Notes: a model not told the origin generated them from the sequence alone. A DNA stretch of 64,000 nt from the human T2T-CHM13v2.0 reference genome, Homo sapiens (GCF_009914755.1 NC_060925.1), one strand, 5' to 3'. Positions 34,414 through 48,330 are shown, numbered from the stretch's first letter. Numbers and translations are program-made.

Positions 34414-37129
34414 ATAGAGTTTTGCTTTTGAAAATCAGCATTTGTCTACTTCCTCAGTGTACAGGCAAGTCTTCTGATTTCTCATAGATACTGTTTTGTA
34501 TGTTGGCTCAAAAATAAAGTGAAACATTGAGAAATTTGCATATGTTAGTGGACATTTCACTTCTTTCATGTTTCCTACTGTGCTAAAATTATCTTTGTGT
34601 CTTTCATTACTCTGCTTCTTCCTTTCCTCTATACTCACCAAAATGTGTTTAATAATTTTAGGGCACATTTACAGATAATTGGCTTTGATTTCCCCAGTTT
34701 TTAGAGGAAATGTATTTAAAACAGTTTTTAAAAACTACTATTTGCATTTTAAAAATAAACTATTAAGAAATAATCTTAAAAAAAGTTTTATATATTTTTC
34801 TACTACTGTACAAAGGCATTAAAATAAAATTGAACATGTTTGTTGCATGATATGTGAACAGAAAACATATTTATATGTTACTTCACATTATCAATCACCA
34901 TAATTTGTTTTTTTAATACATGGTCATTTGATTTGTCTTTCTCATATGAACACTGAGAAGATACACCACAATTTGGAGACATAAGGTCTCCCTCTAGACT
35001 TTCTTTGATTGAGGCTGCTTCCTGCAGTACCCAAGATCATTTTGAAAAAAATTGAGCTTCTAGGCATTCTAATGAGAACACCATTTGGGAAATGAACCAA
35101 TGAGCTGCTGCAATTTAGAGGGTGCTATAAGTCTGACAATGGTACTAGGAGAGGTACAAAGTTCTCGAATTAATCTCAGTGGACTAATTATGGTCACTTA
35201 AGTGTCAGTGTTGTTAACTTTTTTCATTGCAATGGAAAGAGCTAACTCCTTTGCTTTTCTAGGCCAGCAGAACACCCACCATAGCAGGAGGTGGCATTCA
35301 TTTGAAATAATGTGCTGTAGGGAGAGCCTTTATGAACTAGATGTGCAGAAACTTGAATATTATTTTGATTAATTGGTTAATTGAAGTGCTGCTACTATTG
35401 TCCTTAAAATTAGAATGAAAGTAATCGTTATAGTGCTGTCAGCTAAAAAGTGGCTGGACTCCAACCGTGAAGTTTATAGAATTCTGTATTTTTATCTATA
35501 AAATATTGTCCACCGGCAGGGAAGACAGTTTACCTTAATAAGGTAATAAATATTTTTGAGGAAATATTTCTGTATCTTATAATACTACCTGGTATTAAAA
35601 CCCAAAGAACATCCTAATAAAATAGTGAGCAAATGATAAATCTTTACTTTATTTCAAAGGATACTTGGAAGTTTTGTGTTTCAAACAGTATTCATCACTA
35701 CCTTCTTTGTTGGCTGATGCTAGGCTAAAATGACACCAATAATTAGAATAAAATTGCATTGTGAAACTAACTAAAACACTCTACTGCGATTATTCGGTTT
35801 AGTACTTCCTTCTTCATACAAATACAATAAAGGTCATAATTGGTAGGGAAACATATCAATAGGTTATATGTCATAATAAAAAGATAACATAAGGAATTTT
35901 GACAAAACTAACAGTGAAATGTGATTTTTCTTTAGATACAAAAAGAGAAAGAAACACACTACATCTCACAAAAGAACTTTCATTTTGATTTCACATTCAC
36001 ATCCTCCACCTACAAAATGCTGAAATCACAACTACATTACCACAAAAAAATAAATTTTATAAGTTCACATAAACCATTTGGAAATGTGCATCCTTATGCA
36101 AACTTGTCATTATAATTTTGTATAAAATATTACCTCTTTCAAAGCATATTCGATGAAGTGGTCACATTCTAATATTCTATTAACCAGAACAGTTTAATCC
36201 CAATTATGTTTTTTAAAAAAAATCTTTAATTAAATAAAGGAGGAGTCTGGAATCACAAAACAATCTTTGCTTTGTTACTCAAAATTACTGCCTCAGAGTT
36301 CTCTAATTTTATACTAGATTAGAATAATCAGAATTCTACAGAGTGCCTTTTCGGTCATTCATCATTCATGAGTATAATGGAAAAAAATGTCTGTAATTAT
36401 AATCAGTTAGATCATTAAAATCCTAAATTCTGATATCAAAAGAACAACACTTTAAAGAATTCTTTATACAAGATACAAAAGTGTATTTTTGACTACTTAT
36501 TCCATGTGTGATGAGGCTGATGAGTTAGTTTTCCTTCCAAATTTCAATACTGGGATACTAAAAAAGAGAGAAAATTGATGGCCCTTAGAGATTCACTCAG
36601 CAACTACTATAACTGCTGTCAAATCGATCAACCAATTAATCATAACTGTGAATAAAATATAAGAAATGTACTCAAAATAAGTATCTCTAAAGTTAGTTAG
36701 AGATATATATGTGTGACACACATATAGTATGGATTGTATGTATGCATATGTATATTACACACATATAATATCCATGTATATATAAAGATACATGAATAAT
36801 AAAATTTTAAAGTTAAGTAATAGAAACATAAAATTTAGGATAGGAGAGAAACGGGATTATAAGAAAGGGGAACACAGGGATCTTCAATGGCTTTGGCAAT
36901 GAAATCTTTCTAAGTGGAGTGGTGGGTTCAGGTCACTATCTTACACTTTATAAATTTCTTTGGGTGAACATTCTATATTAGAGAAGGTAATTATAAAGTA
37001 ACTAGATTGATAGGCTTAATAGCAGTACATAAACAGCCTGTACTGTTAGGCATTCTGAAATAATTTAAAAATTTTTAAATTTCAAAGACTAAAGCAACTA
37101 ATATTTTCTTATTTACATGTCTGTACATT

Positions 37130-37404
37130 GTAAACTAGTCTTGTGGTAGCTGGTAGAATCATAACAGAACAAGTCAAAACAAGCAAGCACATTTCAACCC
37201 TTTGTTTATTTCATATCCACTCACATTGCTACTACTAAAGAAAATCTCTATGCTAAGCTGAAAGTCACTATGGCTGCACTGTACACTTTGCCTGTTGTAG
37301 GAGTAGGACCTCAAAGCCTATTGAGAAAAAGCACGGATGTATATATTAAACATCTACTATAGGGAAGAAATGAAGAATTAGGAAAAATAAATTAATCTAC
37401 CACA
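37130..37404 (-). mobile_element. MLT1G/H-like LTR fragment
   Basis: GCAAGCACATTTCAACCCTTTG...GAAGAATTAGGAAAAATAAATTAATCTACCACA. Confidence 0.6.
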
Positions 37405-37699
37405 TTACTAAAGAAAAAATTAGTGTTCTGGAAGTTATCAGAAAAAGAAAAAAAAGTGGAAGTATTAAGAGAAGAGTTGTTTAACTAGATTTCCAATTAT
37501 TCCAATATAACTTTACATGCAAATAGGGATATTTGTTAAAATAATAAAAATATAATTTATTATTTAAAAACTATAATTTTTTTACCATTAAAACGTATGG
37601 GAAAATATTATAAAACTATAATTATAATATACCAAAAACATACACAACATATAGTATACGTATGTTTTATATAATTATATATGTATATATTTATTAAGC

Positions 37700-38207
37700 A
37701 CATAAATAGAATAAGAAAATGTAATCTAAGTAACAAAAGATAAAACAGAAAATTTAAAAAAATGAAAAAACAAACATTAAACATCTAATGTTTAAAAACA
37801 TTAGATGATATAAAAAGTGTAACTATAACACCAGTTACAATTAAAAATGAATTAAACTATAATTCAAAGTACAGAAATTTTATTTGTAAAAACATAATAT
37901 ATAATATATTGTCTACCTTTAAAATAAAATACTATAGAGAGTTTGAAAGCAGAAGTTAAAAAATTCAAGACAAGTAATCAAAATAAATCATTATTATGTT
38001 AATAATAGTCAAAATTAAAATGATAAAAACAGAAAGAATGTATTCTTTAAAAAAACAGAGATTAACAAGATATAATTAACAGCAATTTTCATATGCTTAA
38101 TAATTTAGCCTTAGCTATACAAAACTACTCTCAGAAATATTGAAAGAAATAAATATTTCAAAACCTGTAGTTACTGAATTTAACATATTTATTTTAAAAT
38201 ATGCATT
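37700..38207 (+). mobile_element. Very old L1M, start of ORF2 (host element; continues at 41085-41600)
   Basis: A-rich endonuclease-region similarity; resumes AGAATACATATT...AGGCCACAAAAGAAAGCTTCAATAAATTTCAAAGAAT. Confidence 0.55.
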
Positions 38208-38211
38208 TTAA

Positions 38212-38311
38212 AGTTATTTATTTGTTTGTTGTTTGTGAAACAAATAACACATCACATAACATTTATCATCTTAACCATTTTTAAGTGTGCAGTACAGTAG
38301 TGTGAACTATA
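38212..38311 (-). mobile_element. L1MB-like extreme 3' end
   Basis: ACATAACATTTATCATCTTAACCATTTTTAAGTGTGCAGTACAGTAGTG. Confidence 0.75.
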
Positions 38312-40551
38312 CAGGCATACCTCAGAGAGATTGTAGGCTCAGTTCCAGACTACCACAATAAAGCAAATATTGAAATAAAGTGAGTCACACAAATGTGTTG
38401 ACTTCCCAGTACACATAAAGGTTATGTTTATACGATACAGTAGTCTAGCAAGTGCGCAATTGCATTATGTCTAGAAAATGTACATACCTTAATTAAAAAT
38501 ACTTTATTGCTAAAAATTGCTAACAATCATCAGAACTTTCAGCAAATCATCATCTTTTGGCAGGTGGAAGGCGTTGCCTTGATGTTGATGGTTGCTGACT
38601 GATCAATGTGGTGGTTACTAAAGGTTGGAATGGCTGTGGCAATTTCTTACAATAAAACAATGAATTTGCTGCACTGATTGACTCTCCTTTTTGTGAAAGA
38701 TTTCTATGTAGCATGTGATGTTGTTTGATAGCATTTTACCCACAGCAGAATTTTTTTCAAAATTGGAGTCTATGTTCTCAAACTCTGCCGCTGCTTTATT
38801 AACTAAGTTTCTGTAGTATTCTAAATCTTTTGTCATCATTTCAACAATGTTCATAACATCCTCACCAGGAGTAGATTTCATCTTAAGAAACCACTTTCTT
38901 TGTTTATCCATAAAAAGTAGGTCCTTATTTGTTGCAGTTTTATCAGAAGATTGCCAGAATTTCATGACTTCTTTAGGATCCACTTCTAATTCTAGTTATC
39001 TTGCTATTTCTACAACATTTGCAGTGACTTCCTCCACTGAAGTCTTAAACTCCTCAAAGTCACTCATAAGAGTTGGAATGAACATCTTTCAAACTCTTGT
39101 TAATGTTAATATTTTGACCTCTCCCATGAATCACAAATGTTCTTAATGGCAGCTAGAATAGTAAATTTTTTCCAGAAAATTTTCAATTTATTTTGCCCAA
39201 ATTTATCAAATGAATCACTCGATCTATGGCCACTAGAGCCTTACAAAATGTATCTATTAATAAGAATTGAAAGTGAAAATTACTGGTTGAACCATGGCTT
39301 CAGAATGGATGTTGTGTTATCAGGCATGAAAAAAACGTTAAGCTCCTTGTACATCTCCATCAGAGCTCTTAAGTGACCGTGTACATTGTCAATGAGCAGT
39401 GATATTTTGAAAAGAGTCTTTATCTGAGCAGTAGGTCTCAACAGTAGGTTTAAGATATTCACTAAATCATGCCATAAACAGATGTGCTGTCATATAGACT
39501 TTGTTTCTCCATTTATTGAGCCCAGGCAGAGTAGATTTAACATAATTCTTAAAGACCCTGGGTTGTAACAGTAAATTAGTATTGGCTTCCACTTAAAGTC
39601 ATCAGCCACACTAGCCCCTAACAAAGTCAGCCTGTCCTTCGAAGCCAGACATTGATTTCTCCTTTCTAGCTATGAAAGTCTTAGATTATGAAAGTCTTAG
39701 AAGTATTTTTCCTATGGAAGGCTATTTTGTATACTTTGGAAATCTGTTGTTTCATATAGCCACCTTCATCAATTATCATAGCTAGATCTTCTGGATTACT
39801 CAATGCACCTTCTACATCAGCATTTACTGTTTCATCTTGCCCTTTTCTGTTATAGCTGCTTTTCTTAAACCTCATGAACCAACCTTTGCTAGCTTTGAAC
39901 TTTTCTTCTAAACCTCTCTCAGTCTTCAATAATTGAAGAGAGTTAGAGTCTTGCTTTGAAGTAGGCTTTGACTGATGGGAAATGTTGTGGCTGGTTTGAT
40001 CTTCTGTCCACTAAAACTTTCTCTACGTCAGCAATAAAACTAGTTTGCTTTCTTATCATTTTTCTGTTCACTGGAGTAGCACTTTTAATTTCCTTCAAGA
40101 ACTTTTTCTTTGCATTCACAATTGACCGTTTGGTGCAAGAGACCTAACTCTCAGCTTATCTTAGTTTCCAACATGCTTTCCTCACTAATTAGACATTTCT
40201 AGCTCTTTAGTGAGAAACACGTAACTCTTCTTTTCACTTAAACATTTAGAGGCCATTGTAGGGTTAGCAAATGGCCTATTTTCAATATTGTTGTGTCTCA
40301 GAGGAGAGCTGAGGAGAGAGAGAGATGGGAGGATGGCTGGTTGGTGGAGTAGTCAGAACACACACGCAACATTTATTGATTAAGTTTGCTGCTTATGTAC
40401 ATGCAGCTTGTGATACCCCTAAAACAATTATGATAGTAACATCAAAGATCAATGACCAAAGACCACCACAACAGATGATGATAATAACTAAAAAGTTTAA
40501 AATATTGTAAGGATTACCAAAATGTAATATAGGGACACAAAATGAGCACAT
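38312..40551 (-). mobile_element. Tigger1 DNA transposon, near full length, 5' TIR missing
   Basis: TA then CAGGCATACCTCAGAGAGATTG TIR; transposase remnants ([13 protein letters not shown]; LLIDNVHGH; DLEYYRNLVNKAAAEFE); ATG at 40256; similarity stops at 40551. Confidence 0.93.
38618..40256 (-). pseudogene. Decayed Tigger1 (pogo-like DDE) transposase
   Basis: Fragment ORFs 39681-39929, 39280-39462 and 38618-38983, separated by stops and frameshifts. Confidence 0.85.
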
Positions 40552-41084
40552 AGTGCTGACTTGATACCACAAAGGGCTATCATGGGTGAAAGACAAACGC
40601 TTTTTTTCTTTTTTGTAACAATTTTAATGCAGCTGTTTGTGGCTTTTCATTTGCCTAGGGTGCTGCAACCTCTTAATTGGTTCCAGAGTTCTCATAAAGG
40701 CTTTTTGGATTATATATTCCTGTTAAGTCAGTGTCTTTGTAGGGGAAAATTGTCTGGGGATTTTTTTTTTTTTTTCTCTGATGGAGTCTCCCTCTGTTGC
40801 CCAGACTGGAGTGCAATGGTGTGACCTCCACCTCCTGGGTTTGAGCAATTCTCCTGCCTCAGCCTCCCAAGTAGCAGGGATTACAGGCGCCTGCCACCAC
40901 ACCTGGCTAATTTTTGTATTTTTAACAGAGACGGGGTTTCACCATGTTGGGTAGGCTGGTCTCAAACTCTTGACTTCAAGTGATCTTCCCGCCTTGGCCT
41001 CCCAGAGTACTGGGATTACAGTCATGAGTCACAACACCCAGCCTGTCTGGGGATTTTTATTCAACTGTTCTGCTGATGTCACTC
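40552..41084 (-). mobile_element. L1M 5' UTR start (interrupted by an Alu)
   Basis: Reverse complement begins GAGTGACATCAGCAGAACAGTTGAATAAAAATCCCCAG, like the GAGTGACGTCAGCAAGATGGCGGAATAG start of L1M2/L1M3-type elements. Confidence 0.7.
40761..41043 (-). mobile_element. AluS (Sz/Sx-like) with a small right-arm deletion
   Basis: TSD TGTCTGGGGATTTTT at 40751 and 41044. Confidence 0.95.
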
Positions 41085-41600
41085 AGAATACATATTACTT
41101 TTAAGAACATGTGGAATAATGATAGAAACTTATTATGCGTTAGGCCACAAAAGAAAGCTTCAATAAATTTCAAAGAATTTACAAATGGACTGAGTTCTTA
41201 GACATTTGTGCGTGTGTGTGTGTGTTTATGATGAAATAATAGTAGCCTTAAAAAATATTTTGTTTCAAGAAACTAAAAAAAGCACTCTAAAAAATAACCC
41301 ATGGTTACACCGGAAAGTCTCAAGGAAATTTAAAAATTATCAGTGTTAAATATAAATAAAAGTACTTGTCAAAATATGTGGAGTTTATTTAAGGTTGTCA
41401 TTACAAAAACACTTTTAATGTAAAGAAGCACAAGATAGCCTAAATGCAAGCCTATGTGTCCATTTTAGTTAGAAAATAATCACCTGATTAAAACCAAACA
41501 TAATAATAACAAACTAGTAAAGAACTTAGTAATGAGAATATCAGAACTTAATGAAATATAAAGCGATTAAAATATGAGAGAAAAGCAACATAATAAATGA
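41085..41600 (+). mobile_element. Very old L1M ORF2 continuation
   Basis: AGGCCACAAAAGAAAGCTTCAATAAATTTCAAAG...AAATAACCCATGGTTA...TCAAAATATGTGG. Confidence 0.65.
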
Positions 41601-41617
41601 GAGTCAATATAATATGA

Positions 41618-41665
41618 CCATTACTTTTAATGGCAAAAACTGCCATTACTTTTGTATCAATCTAA
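41618..41665. mobile_element. Partial MADE1 (Hsmar1 MITE)
   Basis: CCATTACTTTTAATGGCAAAAACTGCCATTACTTTTGTATCAATCTAA followed by TA. Confidence 0.85.
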
Positions 41666-41827
41666 TAAAAGGGAGACTAAGTATAACAAATATAGAGGTA
41701 ATTGGCTAAACCTCAAGACAAGAACTTCTGGAACACTTGTACACCTAGCATACTAGGAAGGAATAATGTGCTGTAGCTGGGATAGCCATCCTGTCACTTT
41801 ATTTATTTATTTATTTATTTTTTTTTT

Positions 41828-42290
41828 AGATAGCCTGGATTTAAAATGCAACCCTCCATTCTTCAATTTTAGTTTTTGGACCTTACTAGCTTGTTACCTA
41901 TAGCACGAACTTTAATCTCCCTATGGCTCCATTTTCTCATCTGTAAAATTCTCTCTCTGTTTGTACATGGGCTTCAGAAAGAGACAGAGGAAGAGAGAGA
42001 GAGAGAGAGAATTAGGTTGAGTCAATGCCCTTAAGCATTTATGACTAATTGTCAAACGCTGATGCCCAATAAATACTGAATTTTAATTGATTGCTCTGGT
42101 GGAAGACACTTTGTTCCTTTAGTAAGAAGAATGTGTTTGAGCCTTAGATCAGCTACTTGCAAGGTATATGACTTCAGCAAGTCTGTGAGACTTTCTTTCA
42201 TAATCCATTAAGTGGCAATATTAATTTCTACATAATAGGGGTTGTTTTAAAGCGATAATGTATGTGGAAGTGTTTAATAAGAAATCTCAG
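41828..42290 (+). mobile_element. MIR fragments (two) with a (GA)n tract
   Basis: TTACTAGCTTGTTACC...CCATTTTCTCATCTGTAAAAT; GGGTTGTTTTAAAGCGATAATGTATGTGGAAGTG. Confidence 0.55.
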
Positions 42291-43293
42291 TTTTATAATT
42301 AGGTTTAGTGACTGATTCTTCTTAATCCTCCTTTAAGGATTCTGGGACTTATTGTATGAAAACAAAATAGGAATTCTAACAAGTTTTTCTGGAGGGGATG
42401 CGAATAGTAGCATTATAAAAACTAATGCCCAAGAAGAAAAATAACTTAGCCAGGTAGATAAATTCTTTAGCATAATTTGTTAAGTTTTCACTTATTATGT
42501 CATTTTATTCTACTTTGAAAAATTATGCTGAAATAACATAATATTGATACTAAAACTGGGTTATTAAAAGGAATAAAACAAGACTAGTGTATAGTACTAT
42601 TTGTCACACAATTTTCTGAAACGTTAACTATGATAATATCAAATGTATTGATTTGTAGTCCATAATCCAGTTATATAGGTAACAATTTATATTTTTGGAA
42701 ATTGAGTTTTGTTTGCAAATAAAATCAAGGTTAGGGAATAAAAATTTGATGATGTCAGACAGATTAGATTGAACTTTTCATATACCTTAAAAATACAAAA
42801 GAATTAGAAAAACAATTTGTTTATGTGGCACAATTTCAGAACACAAGACATATAATGCTCGGGAGACTAGAAATTTGATTTACTCAATATTAAAAATATT
42901 GAGTAAATTTTCACTAAAGAAGTCCTAGCCAAGAGATTTCAGTTTTTTAAAAATTGAAACAATAAAAGTAAAAATGCTTGAGCTTATTGTATAGAAATAT
43001 ATTTTAGTTTTTAGAAGTGGTGAATTTTTCAGAAAGGTCGAAGTTCGCACCAGTTATGTCTCTGCTTCTCTCTGGGGAACTCCATTTACCTGAATCTAAC
43101 TATCTCAACACATTCACCTGTGTATGTCTTCAAACCATCTGAAGTGCCATGGGTGTATTAAGTGGAAGAGTAAACATTGTGTTTTTTATTGCATTGTATA
43201 TTTTAATGATTTGAATATGTGATTGGAGTTTCTGCTTGCATTACCAGATAAGGAAGAGTCAGTAAAGCAACACACATTAAGACAGTGAAGTAG

Positions 43294-43734
<441 letters not shown>

Positions 43735-43983
43735 TTAACCCCAAATTTATTTTAATTCAGAAAGTAATAGCCAAAATGTCTCATTTAATTTACCTTACTC
43801 CAAAGGAATAATGGCTATGTTGCTCTCGAATCATAGAAACAAGTTAGCTGATTGTTCAAAAGTACATAAACAATTTTCAGGAATGCTTCATTGCATAGTA
43901 ACATTAGAAATCTATTTTAAGATTATGATAATTTTTCATAATCTCTCAAGTTTGATTTCAAAGGACTTTAAAATAAAATACCC

Positions 43984-44278
43984 AGCCAGGCACAGTGGCT
44001 TACACCTGTAATCCCAGCACTTGAGGAGACTGAGGTGGGAAGATTGCTTAAGGCCAGGAGTTTGACCTGACAGGAAACAGAGGGAGAACGCATCTAGACC
44101 AAAAAATAAAAATTAAAAAAAAAAAAATAAATTACAACCCTAGCTATTCAGGAGGCCGACGTCAGAAGATCTCTTGAGGCCAGGAGTTCAAGGTTACAGT
44201 GAGCTATGATCATACCACTACACTCCAGCCTGGGTGACAGAGTGAGACTGTCTCTAAAAACAAACAAACAAACAAACA
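43984..44278 (+). mobile_element. AluJ (Jo/Jr-like)
   Basis: GAGGCCAGGAGTTCAAGGTTACAGTGAGCTATGATCATACCAC; (CAAA)n tail. Confidence 0.9.
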
Positions 44279-45321
44279 CTTAAACATTTTTAAGAAATCT
44301 GTATTTCTGAAAAGAAATTTAAGCACAAATTTACCAAACAACACATATGCCAGTAAACAACTAGAGTTTTGATTTCAAAGTCAGTGATTATCCTATCTCA
44401 TTATGATAATATATGGGTCAAGAAATGTATGCTTTCTTTAAAAGTCATCCTTTTAATTCTTCACAAAGATAAAGAAGTTTTTTTTAAAGTCAATGACCAA
44501 CCAAACAAAATCTCCCACTACTTCTTATTTGCTATATTTGGCTCTCATATGCACAGTCTCTGGTGTTTTTTTGTATTTATGAATATGCCCAGTTTTTTAA
44601 AAGTTGGGACTTCAACTTAGTATATCCACAGGCCCATATAGGTACCTGCTGAAATTCGTAAGATCAAAGATGTTGCTAATACAATCTGTAGATTTTTAAG
44701 TTTGCCTAACATCAAAGGCAAAAACAAATTAAGCAAACACAAATCAGAAGCAATATCAAGTTGATGGAAATGAGTAAAACTACTTAGTATCTAACCCTAT
44801 TGCTGCATGAGTTGTACTGAAGAACACTGAGGTTCAAGATGATTTACACAAATAGTGTCTCTTTTTCAGAATGTTTATTCTAGTAGACACATGCGTTCAT
44901 ATTGTAGGACATTAACATCTGATTTCATTAGTATATTACAAACCTGCAGATATAAATTTATCATATAAAACTGCACAGTTTAGCAAAGTAATACAGAGTG
45001 ACAGCTCAAATTCAAATAAGATCATTTCATAGGCAGCCTATTTAAGACCTTCAATTATTTGGGAATCTATAACCAATCTTATTTTCCCACTAAGTAGAGT
45101 CATTAAAGGAAAATTATACATCTCATCTCACACTAAAAATGCAGAAAATATACTACTACACCCTTCATAATATATCTCAATAATTCTGTTTAAAATATGC
45201 CTTTTTACTATAATTTAATTAGCCAATTTAGTGATATTTAGATGTATCATGCTTAATGTGCACATAGCAATAGAGTAATAGAATTCTTAATTTTCTTCAG
45301 AAATATAAATATTAAAACTCT

Positions 45322-45405
45322 TTGTGTATACATACATACACATATACACTTAAATATACACTTATATATACATATATACACACATATATACATATATATA
45401 TACGC
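45322..45405. repeat. (TA/CA) low-complexity tract
   Basis: Read directly. Confidence 0.75.
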
Positions 45406-45519
45406 ACTTAAAAATTTATACTTAAAAGTAATAAACTAAGAATTTTGGTCATCTAGACATGTTTGGAACGAAGTAATATGCGCCAGGTGGCCATAGCATT
45501 TCCCTATTTGTTCTCTCAA

Positions 45520-45738
45520 CATAAACTATATGCCAAGTAATGTATTATATATTTATATTACTCTATCATTTAACTCTCAAGAGCCTATAATAAAGATGCT
45601 ATTATAACTTTCACTTAAAAGGTATGAAAAATGAAGCCGATTGAGGTCAACTGACCTGCCAAGGGTCACATAACTAGTTATCACTGGTGCCCGTGTAGCC
45701 TTACTCTAGAACCCATGTTCTTAGATATTATCCTATAC
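45520..45738 (-). mobile_element. MIR
   Basis: TCATTTAACTCTCA...TGACCTGCCAAGGGTCACATAACTAGT...CTCTAGAACCCATGTTCTTA. Confidence 0.7.
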
Positions 45739-46576
45739 CCTCTTTTCTTTCACTAGTTTCATGACATCATTCATGCACGCCTAGTGGATTGGAGAATGAT
45801 GTGTTGTTCACCCCATATCCACAATTGAGAACACACTTTCCCACAGAATAAATGGCATAATAGATGATTAAGCCCCTAGGTGAAACATATAAACATGAAC
45901 AAATATGTAGCTTGATAAGCAGAAAGATTCAAAGCAACCATAGGTCAATAACAGAAAATTTTCTTGAATTTATGTTTTACAGAACGTTTAATGATATATA
46001 CAGAGAGCACAGCAATATGCACTCATAAAATGCCTATCCTGTCTATACATATTTAGGATAGAAAAAAGGGACACAGATTAACTGCTACCAAGAATTAGTT
46101 GAAATGTGATTTTTATCATTTACATTTTTATGCCCCAAAAAACATTTTAAGTAGGTTAGAGTTATTTTAAGAATAAAAAGAAAAAAACAAAATGGAAACA
46201 AATAAAATCAAGTTATCATCAAATAATCAAAGTACTTTAAAATGATGGTTATTAAGTAAAGATTAATATGAATTTATACCAAGATTTTAAATTATATATA
46301 TTCATGAATTTAAATTATGCATTATGCCTTGCCTAATCTTCACAATTACATTTTTTCACAATTAACTGGATTTTTCTTACATATATTTATTAGTTATAGA
46401 ATGTAGAACACTAACCTTTTACTTTCTATTAAATTTTTCAGAAATACTTGACTATCCAACAATAAAGATTGGGAAAGTAACTCTATCAGATCAACACAAA
46501 GACATAAATTAGTTAAATAAAGAATTACATGGACTTTTGAGTTATTTAATGTCTAGCAACCACTTACATACCATAG

Positions 46577-46820
46577 TGGTCAACATGGCGAAACCCCATC
46601 TCTACTAAGATTACAAAAAATTAGCCAGGCCTAGTGGTGCACCTGTAGTCCCGGCTACTCAGGAAGCTGAGGTGGGATCACCTGATCCTGGGAAGTCAAG
46701 GCTGCAGTGAGCCATGGTCACACCATGGCACTCCAGCCTGGGTAATGGGAGTGAGACCCTGTCTCAAAAAACAAAGAAAAGAAAAGAAGAGAGAAAAAGA
46801 AGAGAAAAGAGAAAAGAAAA
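46577..46820 (+). mobile_element. AluJb-like, 5'-truncated, with a GA-rich tail
   Basis: CAACATGGCGAAACCCCATCTCTACT...GTCAAGGCTGCAGTGAGCC...GAGTGAGACCCTGTCTCAAAA. Confidence 0.9.
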
Positions 46821-47869
46821 GGTATATACTCTACATTCATTTCAAGCATGTTATGTGAAAAACAAGTTATTTTATAATTACTTATTTTCTAAGTTTGCAA
46901 TATTATACTAGGTCATATGTATCATTCATCACAGTTTTAAATACACAATAAGCTCCCTAGAAATAGTTATTTTTATTATTTTATTTTTTATTCATGTAAC
47001 TCCATTTGTAACTTGGGAATGCCTTATTACTTGTGCATTAGGTTTAATAAGATATAGATTTCCAGTTAAAACAAATACAGTTTGTAAAACTAACATACTA
47101 ATTAAAGATAATTCTTATGTCAGTAAGAAAATAAATGGAAGCATTCCTGTTTTAAGTCCCTTTATGTTTTAAAATATTTAATTATAACAACTATATTAAG
47201 ATACTGAATGGGTGTAGAAGTGAGGAGTCATGTTGAAGTAGGATTATAATTAAATGTTTATAAATCAATGGCTCATAGTTCTTAAGTACATGACAGTAAA
47301 GTTTCCATTGATCTCAAATCTTTAGTTCTTAATCCACAGAAGGATTTTAGAACAACTTCTATCTTGTGAACATAAACGGAAGATCTTAAATGATTTCAGC
47401 AAAACACTATTGGTGGACATATGAGCACTTTTGTAAAACATATTCTCACTTTCAGAAATACCAGACATCCTTTAATTATATCATGCTTCTTCTAATTTTT
47501 CCTTTCTATGAGATTATTTTCATTAGCATACAAGCCTATCCTAATTTAACCCATCTTAAAAACGAAATCCTATAATCGAGCCCCTTATTGACCCCCTAAT
47601 TCCTTCCAGCTATGTCTACATTTTTGTTGTCCCTTTATAGCTAAAATGCATGGTAATCATATTTATTGTATTTTAGCCACATTGATTATAACATGCAATT
47701 AATGTATGTACCATTAAGACAGAAAAACTACTAAACTATGACCAAAACTTTCATATCACATAGAATTTTTATTTTATGTATATTGAAAGAGCTTTTTAAT
47801 TTTATTTTTATGTAACAGTGATGAAAATATAAGTAACTATGAAAAACTTCATGAAAAAGCAGGCAATGA

Positions 47870-48218
<349 letters not shown>

Positions 48219-48330
48219 AAATGTTGTAATTTTAATCTATATCCTAATTTCAGAGATTTAAAAGATAAAATAGTGCATTTGTTAGAACTAATAAAATATA
48301 GGGTCTATACTCTGTCTCTAAGAGCTGTCC

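Noticed and set aside
38618-40256. Domesticated TIGD-like transposase gene
   Set aside because: Multiple stops and frameshifts, and it lies within an ordinary Tigger1 copy.
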